Of a stretch of 50,421 nucleotides of DNA, positions 1 to 11,600 are shown in pieces. The notes beneath the pieces were generated by a model that made no database searches, was not told the DNA's origin, and saw only the letters and a list, made by a program, of their open reading frames with translations. The position numbers and the translations under genes are program-made. The DNA comes from Octopus bimaculoides (lineage: Eukaryota). Numbering within the stretch: position 1 is the stretch's first letter; each line of letters opens with the position of its first letter. The stretch lies in contig NC_068995.1 in assembly GCF_001194135.2 (NCBI RefSeq), positions 36,177,311 to 36,227,731 of the forward strand, in the 5' to 3' direction.

Positions 1-2
1 GC

Positions 3-930
3 GGGTTCTCATATCTGTTAACATGTGTCGATCGTTTCTCCCGCTGGCCAGAAGCCATTCCTATAGCTGACATTACTTCTGAGACTGTCGCTAAAGCCTT
101 CGTGTCTGACTGGATTTCTCGGTACGGTGTACCGTCCAGCCTGACCACAGATCGTGGCCGGCAATTTGAGGCCGCGCTCTTTCGTGACCTATCACGAATC
201 TTGGAGGTGCATCGTATACGCACCACCAGCTACCATCCCGCTTCTAATGGAATGGTTGAGCGATTTCATAGGCAACTTATGGCTGCCTTACGCGCCTCGC
301 CCAACCCGCAGTCTTGGGTTGAATTTCTTCTGGTCGTCCTCCTTGGATGCCGGACTGCGGTCAAAGCTGACCTGGGTTTCTCCTCGGCGGAGCTTCTTTA
401 CAGTACCACACTGGCGTTGCCTGGTACGATGGTGGTGCCAGACTCGTCACAACCACCACATCCAGAGTCCTATGTTACTCGGTTACGGGAGTATTTCTCC
501 AATCTTCCAGCTATGGGTCCCAGACAACAGTCACCTCCCTCTCAAGTGCCAGCAGACATTGAGTCTTGGTCACATGTGTTTATTAGGGATGATTCTGTCA
601 AAGGACCCTTTGTTTCTCCCTATAAAGGACCCTTTCGTGTGCTTTCTCGCACTCCAAAGTTCTTCAAGGTCCACGCTAATGGTCGTATAAAGATTGTGTC
701 TGTCGACCGTCTGAAAAAAGCGTACCTTGACAAACCCTCAACTTCCGTGGACGACGTGCCCGCTTTTCAAACACCGCACACACCACTGTCAACATCATTA
801 CCACCACACACACCACTGTCAACATCTTTACCAATGCATACACCAACATCAACACCATCACAAACACACACACCAGAAACCACTCCACCTTCGTCGTTGC
901 GACAAAACTCAAGTGACCCTTATGTCACTA
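3..930 (+). mobile_element. Ty3/gypsy LTR retrotransposon pol C-terminus (integrase), partial
   Basis: Frame open from base 3 into the N-gap. It reads LTCVDRFSRWPEA...TTDRGRQF...SNGMVERFHR (DDE core), then the GPY/F motif PYKGPFRV and a Pro/Thr/Ser-rich tail. Confidence 0.93.
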
Positions 931-1426
931 GNNNNNNNNNNNNNNNNNNNNNNNNNNNNNNNNNNNNNNNNNNNNNNNNNNNNNNNNNNNNNNNNNNNNN
1001 NNNNNNNNNNNNNNNNNNNNNNNNNNNNNNNNNNNNNNNNNNNNNNNNNNNNNNNNNNNNNNNNNNNNNNNNNNNNNNNNNNNNNNNNNNNNNNNNNNNN
1101 NNNNNNNNNNNNNNNNNNNNNNNNNNNNNNNNNNNNNNNNNNNNNNNNNNNNNNNNNNNNNNNNNNNNNNNNNNNNNNNNNNNNNNNNNNNNNNNNNNNN
1201 NNNNNNTCACATCGTGTCGGATGCAAAAGTTTTGCTTCCATTATTGCATCCGACACAGCATTGCTTTGCAAATTTATTGAGCTTGTCATTCTTTGTTTTA
1301 ACAAAACAATTTTTGTTTTTTCATTGTATAATTTTAGCCATGTTTTCTGGTTTCGGCGGCCATCTTGTTTCCGCGCCCTCTACAATCTTTCCTTGTTTCG
1401 TGCTATGCACTCGGAGGGGGGGACAT

Positions 1427-1688
1427 TGTAGTGGCGCGTGTGGCCGCCATCTTGGGAAGTGCTATTGCGCATGTGCAAGGGACTTGCCATCAGCGGAAGT
1501 ACCCGAGCACGCATGCGCAATGCAACAGGTGGAGAGAGAGCAATAGAGTTCGACCTCTGATCCATCAAGCAGCCGTCGTGACAGGACGTTCTTCCAGGCT
1601 CTCTCACGACTCGACCCTGACATGTGGTCGAAGCTTCTTTGATATCCCAGCGGCATGCCTATTCACCCAGGAACGAAACGGCTCTACA
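1427..1688 (+). mobile_element. 3' LTR of the gypsy element (right end uncertain)
   Basis: Polypurine tract GGAGGGGGGGA at 1413-1423, then TGTAG at 1427. A matching CTACA ends at 1688, but AATAAA follows just after it, so the LTR may extend to about 1860. Confidence 0.65.
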
Positions 1689-1864
1689 CCAACCTAGAAT
1701 AAATTATTGATCTGTTGTTGTATTTCTGGATTTAATGATTAATATAAGAACTGGGGAGAGACGGCCGAGCCGTCATATCTCTTATTTTGTGATTTAGCGG
1801 GGATTTTTGAAAAACAAGGGGTAATTCGCAGCGGTGTTCAGTGAACAAATTAAACAGACTACCC

Positions 1865-2009
1865 AGCAGTGGCTAAAACGCGAACCGATCAAGTTTATGT
1901 ATAAATTTTCTTTTTATATGTTTGTTTCCTTTTACACAATATTAAAACAACGGCTAAAAAATTTCTGAAGCAGCACCCCCACTAATTTTATCTACAAGCC
2001 GCCACTGCT
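1865..2009. mobile_element. Small MITE-like DNA transposon remnant
   Basis: 9-bp terminal inverted repeats AGCAGTGGC (1865-1873) and GCCACTGCT (2001-2009). Confidence 0.4.
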
Positions 2010-2016
2010 CCCCAAG

Positions 2017-2270
2017 ATTCCAAGTTCAATCATACTTTGCTCCAGACGGGTTGGTATGTATTCTATTGCTCTAATACTAATAGGTATGAAGCTGAAAGTG
2101 TATCTTGGGTGCTGGATTAATGGTCCTTAGATGTTCTCTTTCTCATGTATTTTTCTAACGACATTCGTGTCCAGAGGGCAATTGATTTATGGTCCCACAC
2201 AACGATATCTGACTGGCTGTGCTTCAGCTTGGTGGCTGTTTTAATTTTTCAAGTTCTACCAATATTCCCA
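2017..2270 (-). mobile_element. Degenerate non-LTR retrotransposon fragment, restriction-like endonuclease domain (R4/Dong/NeSL-like)
   Basis: Minus-strand translation, with a frameshift and a stop: IKTATKLKHSQSDIVVWDHK..CPLDTNVVRKIHEKENI*GPLIQ..FIPISIRAIEYIPTRLEQSMIELG. This resembles the RLE pattern HN.PD.V..D...CP.DTN...EK..KY. Confidence 0.65.
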
Positions 2271-2671
2271 TCGGTCTCAATAAATACATATGTATGCATA
2301 TATATCATGTTAAACCGTTAATCCCTACACATTTTTTCTCTCCTGCTTTGTTTTCGTTCTCTCTCCATTTTCCCCCTCTCGATCCTTTCTGTCGAAGAGT
2401 GTAGGCTTGAAGCGTCGAAGACTTGTGTGTGTTTATATGTATGTATTTATGCCTTTATATGTGTTAAATATTTTGCAATGTTGAAACGCTCTCCATAGTT
2501 TCTGATCTTCCTAGGCTGATTAATGGGCACTAACTCCGTCTTCAAATATTGTGTATATATATTGAAGTGTTTACCTCCCCTACATGCTGTTCCTTTTTCT
2601 TTTCTTTTTTTTTTTATAGACACGTTTCATACATATTACGTGGCTAAGCATGCGCACTTGCTGTTAGCATC

Positions 2672-5600
2672 ATGGCGAACGACAATGTAGACGAACTTTT
2701 TGAAATCCGGACTGCTTTTTATATAGGAAATTACCAACAATGTATCAACGAAGCTCACAAAATGAGGGTGTGTACTCGTAATTTTAATTTACTTTTATTA
2801 AATATAATTGATATATCTTTTGTGTTCTTATCATTTGCGTAAAGAACCACCTCAAAATATAAATTGCTTTTCATTTATATTTTGATGTTTTACTGAGTTG
2901 CAAATTGAATTTACCCCCAGGTTTTGATCCATACATCCATGTATCTCTCCGTCCATTATTCCTTGGAGGATCAAGAAGGTGGAGTCCTCGGGAAACTTTC
3001 CTATCAGAACAGCTGTCATTAGACTTTCCAGTTGTTGGTCTGCCTATTCACAGGTCTCTTGCCAGTTGACTTGGCTTCAAAAATCTTTAATACTTTTTCT
3101 CTTAGGTTGCTAATCTCTTTTTGAGAAAACCTAAATTACAAAATTTTCTCTAATATACATCACTTGCCTTAAGCAATGTTATTGACTAACCTGGTTTGTT
3201 ATGAAGAAAGTTATATTTCCCTTTACGAAGTTGCAAAACAACTGAACTTTGTCTCGAAACAGAAAGGAATTATTCTACCTCGTGAATATGATTGAACAAA
3301 AAGACATTTTAGAAATGTATCTATACTTTGCTTTTTCTTCGCAAATTTCCAGTTACATTTATTTATACTGTTTCTATTGGGAAAATGACTGACGCAATTT
3401 GAACACTGGTTGTTGTAAATAAAATCCACTTCATACATGCCACTTAAATTTTTGTGGGCAAAATTATTTTCCCTTCCTTTTCTTTTTGTTTATTTATTGT
3501 TATCTTTAGTACAAATCTTTTACTTGCTTCAGTTATGGGACGACGGCCATGCTGGGGCACCTTAAAGAGTTTAGTCGAACAAATCGGTTCCAGAACTGTT
3601 TTGTCTCTTTTTTTCTCCGAACCGCTAAGTTACGGGGATACATCGGGTTTCTTTCAATTTTCGTCTACCAAATCCACTCACAAGGCTTTGGTCGACCCGA
3701 AGCTATAGTAGAAGACACCCAAGATGCTAAGTAGTGTAACTGAACCCGAAACCATGTGACTGGGAAGCAAATTTCTTACCCACAGCTACGCCTGCAGCTA
3801 TAAAAAAAAGTCAACTTTCTAGGTTCCACCGAGATGCGAACTTAGGTCGCTGGATTCAAAATTCAGGCTGCTATTTTATGAATTGTAACACTTGCCTGAG
3901 AAATCTAGTACTTTTATTAATGTGCAGTAAATTCATAAATATTAATGTTGATACTTCCTTGTATTGAATGTACCGATCGTTTCCTCTGTGGGAGAGGTAA
4001 GCTCATTAATCAGAATGTTTCTCTGGTTCGTTAACTTGTTGATCAGTAAAGATGGTAGTGGTCGTGCACCATCACCGTTACCGTTTATCAACAAAATTTC
4101 AGGGTAAATACATCAATGGAACGTTCTGCACTCTGCATATAAATAATACGCGGAGGATATTTAAAAGCCAAGACTACAAGTGGCAAGGGAGATAACTCAA
4201 AATCAATCCGCTGATCAAAATGTTTTTTACAATAGACAATGCAGTTATTTACATTATTTTCATTCGACGGATATTTGTCCTCATCTTGTTTGTTGTTAAC
4301 ACAACGTTTCGGCTGATATACCTTCCAGCCTTCTTCAGGTGTCTTGGGGAAATTTCGAACCTGGGTTCTCATCCCTAAGGTATTTTTCGATGTTGCTGTT
4401 ATTATTGTTAAGGTCACTGCTTGGAATCGAACTCGAAATTTTAGGGTTAGTAGCCCGCGCTCTTAACCCGTGGGCACATGGCGTAGTCGTAAAGAGCGCG
4501 GGCTACTAACCCTAAGATTCTGAGTTCGATTCCAAGCAGTAACCTTAACAATAATAATAATAACAGCAACATCGAAAAATGCCTTAGGAATGAGAACCAA
4601 GGTTCAAAATCTCCCCAAGACACCTGAAGAAGGCTGGAGGGTATATCAGCCGAAATGTCGTGTTAACAACAAACAAGATGAGGACAAATATCCGTCGAAT
4701 GAAAATAATGTAAATAATATACATAATTCCTCATCTCTTAAATATAGAACTGCATAGACAATGCAGAGTTGTACATGAACATATATTGTACATTTGCTGT
4801 AGTAAAACTTTTTTTTAACTTTATTAGAATTTGTATCAACACGCTTTTCAATATTTTTTTGTTTTTTTAGCTAAACAACCCAGATTTGAAAACCCAACGA
4901 GATGTAATAATGTACAGGGCGTTTATTGCTCAGAGGAAATTTGGAGTTGTACTTGATGAAGTGAATTCTACTTATGGTCCTGAACTTCAAGCTGTTAGGA
5001 TGTTGGCAGACTATTTAGCAAATGAAAACAAACGGTAACTCATTTGTTGATAATATTCTTCTTAAAACAGAAATGCTGAAAAGTTAACATCAAACGAAAT
5101 ATAGAAATAGCTTAGAAATACATATTCCATAGGAAATTTGCAATTTGACAATATTTTCAATCTTAAAGTTGATCTGAAATATTCTTTTAGAATTGAATTT
5201 TGGAAATTGCACAGTCAGCACATTTGAAAATATTGTTAGTATATTGAACACAAGAAAAGAGTTAATGATGATGATGTACCTATCATTTAATGTTAAAGCT
5301 TATCTACCTCCTTGTAATGCGTTTGACAGAGATGATGTGCTTTATAGTTTAAAGAAATAAAAGATGAATGAAAAAGATAGGCGCAAGAGTGGCTGTGCGG
5401 TAAGTAGCTTGCTTACCAACCACATGGTTCTGGGTTCAGTCCCACTGCGTGGCACCTTGGGCAAGTGTCTTCTACTATAGCCTCGGGCCGACCAAAGCCT
5501 TGTGAGTGGATTTGGTAGACGGAAACAGAAAGAAGCCGGTTGTATATATGTGTATGTATATATGTGTGTGTGTGTGTTTGTCCCCACCACCATCGCTTGA

Positions 5601-8600
5601 CAACCGATGCTGGTGTGTCTATGTCCCCGTAACTTAGCGGTTTGACAAAAAGAGATCGATAGAATAAGTACTAGGCTTACAAAGAATAAGTCCTGGGGTC
5701 GATTTTCTCAACTAAAGGCGGTGCTCCAGCATGGCCGCAGTCAAATGACTGAAACAAGTAAAAGAGTAAATGTTTATTTGCAACTTTGTTAAATGTATGG
5801 CCCTGTGCCTCATGTATTGTTAGAGAATAGAGCATCCTTAGAGGGAACTGAACTTGTTCCAAAACGAAATGAAGGTCGGCATCATTTTGAGTCAGTTTCG
5901 TTCAAGGTGTTAGGAAGTGCATTCCTTCTTGTGCACCTATTATTGAATTGGCTTCAATGTGATTATTGTGGAGGCTGACACCTCCTACATGCAGTACATG
6001 TTTTCTTTTAATAATCTTTGTCGTTCTTTTTCTTATTAACTAATGTCATCTATCATTGTCCATATTTTATAAACAAATGTTTCATTTGAGCAAATGATAA
6101 TTAAATGCATTAAAGCACACGTGTTAAGTGAGGGAATTTTAAAAAATAAAAATATGTAACTAACTACATTGTTCACTAATAGCAACATTATTATTCAATG
6201 CTGTCAGAATAGGTGGGATGCTCGTATTTAATCAGGGTAAATGATGTTACTTTGTTAAGTTTCATACCAAAGTAATCAAACTTGAAAACAATATGGTTGA
6301 TTTTACTTTCAGAGATGCTATTCTTCATGAGCTAGATACCAAGATGAGTGGCAACGTAGACATCAGCAACAGTACATTTTTGCTAATGGCTGCTTCTATT
6401 TATTTCAATGAATTGGTAAGCTTATTATTCACTTTTAATCTTAAATATATCATCATGATTTGCATTTTATGTCTGCTTTTTCATACAGGCATGAGTTAAG
6501 CAGTTTTCCTGAGGCAGCTCTTCTTGTTAACTTTTTTAACTGCAGCTTATGATGTATAGGGATGCAGTGTACATAGTCTATGTGGTAAGGAGTTTGCTAC
6601 CCAACTACATGGTTCTGGATTCAGTCCCACTGTGTAGCATCTTGGGCAAGTATCTTCTACTATAACTCCAGACTGACTAGTGCACTGTGAGTAAATTTGG
6701 TTGATTGAAACTGTCATGCGTGTATCTTTGTATCTGTGAAACTAAATACCTGTTGTATATGTGTGTGTGTATACATATCTATGTAAGTGTGTCTTTGTTT
6801 GTCCCCCACCCCACTTACAACCAGTATTGATTTATGTCCCTGTAAGTTAGCAGTTTAGCCAAAAAGACTGGTTAAGTAAGTATCAGGTTTAAAAAAAAAT
6901 AAGTACTGGGGTCAATTTCTGACTCAAGCACGTTCATTTGCTTCACTCAAGTCATATTATGCTAAAATATGTTCCACTCTATACCAAGTTCATTCTTTTA
7001 AGTTATTGACAATAGGAAGGTCACATATTTATAGAAATAATTGCTCTAGCACTATATGAAACAAAGAACTAATATGATTTTATATTACTATTTTTAGAAT
7101 TATGATGCTGCATTGAGAGTATTGCACCAATCTGATTCCCTGGAATGGTAAGTGTCTTTGATCAACAGCATTTTTATCATTGAATCACATTTGGTTAAAT
7201 TAAGAAATCAGATCACCATCCAAAGGATTGAAGATTTCTTTTACAAGAACTGCTCTATGTCTATAGCCAAAGCACTTGCTGGCAGAGTCTATTTAGGTGT
7301 AAATATGTAAAATGGCTACGTTAATTCAGTCCCCCAAGCCATTTTGATGAAAACTGGTAGCTTTCTTTTGTGTGGGTAGCAAAATAGCATTCAGCTGTAA
7401 AAATGCTAGCAGAATGAGAAGTAATTGTATGAGTGAATAGGAACTTTTTTTTTTTTTACATTATATCTTCAGCATTTCTGGGATAGAAGTTTCTTTTCAT
7501 TGTTGAAACATTGATTTTATATGTCTAAAGTTTACAGACAAAGTTCATTTACTATAAATATGCTCATAAAGATATTTTTAAAGAAGACTGTTCTAATGTT
7601 TTAACTTCTACAAAAACAAAGACTTAACCTAGCATATCTAATATCTTCCATATATCTATTAATTGTAATCTAGCTCTGATGTTACATTAATAAATTTTAC
7701 CATCATCATCTTTATTTATTGTCTATTTTCTTTCCTGGTGTGGGTTGAACTGTTCAACAGGACCTGGTGAACCAGAGGACTGCACTAAACTCCAGTGTCT
7801 GCTTTGACATTGTTTCTACAGCTGGATGCTCTTCTTAATACCAACCACTTTACAAAGTCTATTAGGTGCTTTTTACATGGTACTAGTGAGGTTGCCAAAT
7901 AACTCACAAGTCCCCCACTCAACTGAGTCGAGTGTAGTACCAAAGGAAACTTTATGCTAGATTGTTGTTGGCACTCCGTCGCTTACAACATTGAGGGTTC
8001 CAGTTGATCTGATCAACGGAACAGCCTGCTCGTGAAATTAACGTGCAAGTGGCTGAGCACTCCACAGACACGTGTACCCTTAATGTAGTTCTCAGGAATA
8101 TTCAGCGTGACACAGTGCGACAAGGCTGGCCCTTTGAATTACAGGCACAACAGAAACAGGAAGTAAGAGTGAGAGAAAGTTGTGGTGAAAGAGTACAGCA
8201 GGGTTCACCACTCCCTGCCGGAGCCTCGTGGAGCTTTAGGTGTTTTCGTTCAATAAACACTCACAACACCCGGTCTGGGAATCAAAACCGCGATACTATG
8301 ACCGCGAGTCCGCTGCCCTAACCACTGGGCCATTGCGCCCCCACTTTATGCTAGATAATGCAAAGCTAAAATATGATAGAGAGACAGAAACAGATGCTTT
8401 TGATTTTGAATTATAACAACCAGTCACCATTTATTACCATATTATTTCTCATACTTTTTATCTTTATCATCGTAACTTGAGAGAGACCTGTTTGTCTAGT
8501 TTTCAGACCATCTACTTAAATGTTTATTATATAAACACTATCAGAAAATATATAACTGTAACCCCTACACATGTAAGTAAAGCATCAATACACGTTTTTG

Positions 8601-11600
8601 TCCCAGAATGTGTAAATGGAAATTTCCTAAGTATCTATTCTCATATAATAACTATAGAGTATCAGATCATTTGTAACTGAAACTGAGCCGGTCTTCACAT
8701 GATTATTTGAATTATTTCTATTTCTTTACTTTATTTGTGTATTTCTAGCATTGCTTTGTCTGTTCAGCTGTTATTGCGACTTGATAGAGTTGATCTTGCA
8801 AAGTAAGTTTTAAATTTTACCTTCAGTTTATCTAATGATATAGTGTATTTAGTATGTTTGTATATTTTGATTACTGTTTGTTGAAAATTTGACAATATGC
8901 TGTCATAGATGTTGGGTCATGCCATAAATATATTTATTTTTCAAAGTTAAGATAAACAAAGTTCTCTTTTAAATCTAAACTGCGAAATAAATGATAATCA
9001 AATGGGGCAATGTCTGGCGAATATGGTGGGGTGGGGCATCGTTTCCCATTCAAACTGCTCCAGCCTTGGGAATGTCACCTTTGCTGTATGTGACCAAGCA
9101 TTATCTCGATGGAAGAACACCTTTCGTCTTCAAACCAAAGATGGTCGTTTTTCTCCTAGCACTGACTTGAATGACCAACTCCAAGCTTCTCTGCAAGTTC
9201 CACAACAGCTATGATGAGATTTTCTTCCACCAGGGTTTGCAGGATGTCCTCGTCGAGCTCTACAGATCTTCCAGGACAAGGCTCGTCTTCTAGGCTGTAG
9301 TTTCCGGCTTGGAATTTCTGGAATCAGTTGACACTGGTTTACACTTATTGTCCGATCCCCATATACTGCACTAATATTCCTTCCACTTTCCGTGGTGTTG
9401 TTGCCTTTATTGAACTCATAAAGCAAAATATGCCAAATATGCCTCTTCGTCACTTCCATCATAGCTTTGAAAAAAATAACTGTTAAAATCGAACTGCACT
9501 CTTCAAAACATGCACTAAGAATAAGACCAAGTTAAAATTACTACCTGCTTTTATAGCAAGTTGATGTAAGTAGTTTATCCCATCTCCCTCTAACTTTTAA
9601 TTCATGCAATTGAAAAAAACCATTATTTATGGGATGACCCAATAATACCCAAGGAAAGTAATTCAAGTAAGTTTATAATTTGAATTAACTAGGAAGCAAA
9701 CTTCTTACCTCAAAACCAAGCCTGCACCTATAATTATCCAATTTTTTTTTCTAAAAGCCTCAGAATACTGTCCTATTCCTCCTCCTCTTTCACAGACTAA
9801 GTAATAAAAGAAGAGGATTGAATGATAAGGTGTCATCTTTTCAACTGAATAATTGTGTAATTGCCAATTTTGTAGGTGCAGCTAGTTTTGTTTCCAAGCT
9901 ATTATGGAAAATTAAATATAATGAAGAAAAGAATAGTTCAGTTTCCCAATCTGGATTTGAAGTATTAGATTTCATTCTTTACATTCAATTTTACATAATT
10001 AATATACCACTATTCCATGGAACATATAATGCCACTTGTTTTTTGCATTATATTATAAATATAAAAAAATATATTAAAATTTTGCATTATATTATAAACA
10101 ATCTAATTACAATGTGACAATTTAATGTTGTTTTGATGCAAGTGTTTTGTCACAGATTTCTAAAAAGAAAGAAAAGAGGACAAAAAAACTATACAAATTG
10201 AAAAAAAACAACCTTTTTTAAATTTAATAAATAATGAACAAATTAAGAAAGATTTTTGTCAATTACAAAGACGCATTGATAAAAATATAAATTTAGAACT
10301 GCATTTCTAGTTGAGAAACTTAAACAAATTTCGAAATCTTTAGTCTTTAGTTCTTACAATTTTCAGTCTTACTCTAACAAACATATATTTACATATCTGT
10401 AGTGTCTTTTGTCTACAAAATAATTTACAGCAAACTGAGGAAAAAATTTGTAGCATTTTCCACTTGAAGCAACTTGTATAGTTAAACATGGTGTTATGTC
10501 AGATAATATATTATTACTTATAATCCAGACACCTAAGGACTACTCTCGCCCTTTAGCATTCAGATTACTTAGTCAAATGTAATACTTATTTATTCATTGT
10601 TTTGAATGCATTATCATGTAGCTTCAAGATTTCAGTGATGTGATTATTTTTACAATGATATTGTAGGGTAGGTGTGAGAGGCCAGATCTGCTTAGTTTGA
10701 ACATAAAACAGGTAGAACATTTTGACCTGAAATGGCCAGTTTAAATGCTTAATGGGCTAGAGGAGTTTTAACCTACCTATAGATTGCATTTTTTTTTTTC
10801 TTTCTTTGACAAAAATTAGAGAATTTGATCTTCATTTCAGAAAAGAGCTGAAGAAAATGCAAGACGCTGATGAAGATAGTATTTTAACCCAATTAGCATT
10901 GGCTTGGTTTAATTTAGCTGTGGTAAGTGAATTGATCAATCAAATGACTTGATTTATTTCCAAAGACTTTCATTCTGCAGTTTCAAATATTGCTATTTAA
11001 AATTCTAGTTATTTGTTTAAAAAGTTTGCCGTTCTCCATGATTTACTTAAACTCAAAGTAACTCATCAGTTTGTTGTCACTGACTACTCACTCCATCAAG
11101 TTGTCGTATAATGTCAATGGCATTAACTATCAATAAGTGATGAGTAATTGATTTCTACCTACTTATTGAATTAATATGTCAAGTGACTGAGTATACCACA
11201 GGCAAAGATACCCCTAATCTAGTTATCAGGAGAAATCAATGTGATATGGCAAGACCTTTAAATTATAGCTAGAGTCCCTCCAACAGGCTTCCATATATTT
11301 TCCATCTCAATGATTTCACTAGTGAGGCTTAAGGCCATAGCAAAAGACATTTGCCCAAGATAGCATGCTTTAGGATCAAACCCAGGACCTTGTAACTATG
11401 AAGGTAAATTCTTAACTATATACTTTCGTAAAATATTTCCATTGTCTGTTGATGCCACAAGATTTGGTTGGTTCTGAAAATGTTTTTATATATATTCTAG
11501 TTATAGATTTCTTAATACAATGTAGTCACACCTAAACTGAGAATTATTTCATTAAGGTTCACTGACCAAGATCATCATCATTTGTTTTGCTTAAAAGACA

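Larger units (their letters stand above)
4245..4753. mobile_element. Palindromic tRNA-headed retroelement with hammerhead motifs, flanked by a 13-bp TSD
   Basis: Inverted arms about 4245-4468 and 4472-4753. The + arm has A-box TGGCGTAGTCG and B-box GAGTTCGATTCC. ATAGACAATGCAG is repeated directly at 4232-4244 and 4754-4766. Confidence 0.8.

Noticed and set aside
909-1431. Long ORFs spanning N-runs (also near 22863-23413, 33372-33891, 35230-35577, 44909-45634 and 47076-47606)
   Set aside because: Their length comes from X codons in assembly gaps, so they are not evidence of genes.
2900-3440. Possible coding or TE remnant in COPE intron 1
   Set aside because: Short open stretches on the minus strand with no motif I could assign, so it is left unannotated.
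4472-4550. Possible tRNA-Ser(ACT) gene
   Set aside because: It has A and B boxes, but the anticodon stem is only about 3 bp and there is no acceptor stem. It is the head of the palindromic element.
9818-10117. 99-aa AT-rich ORF and similar short intronic ORFs
   Set aside because: Low complexity, with no recognisable domain and no splice support.
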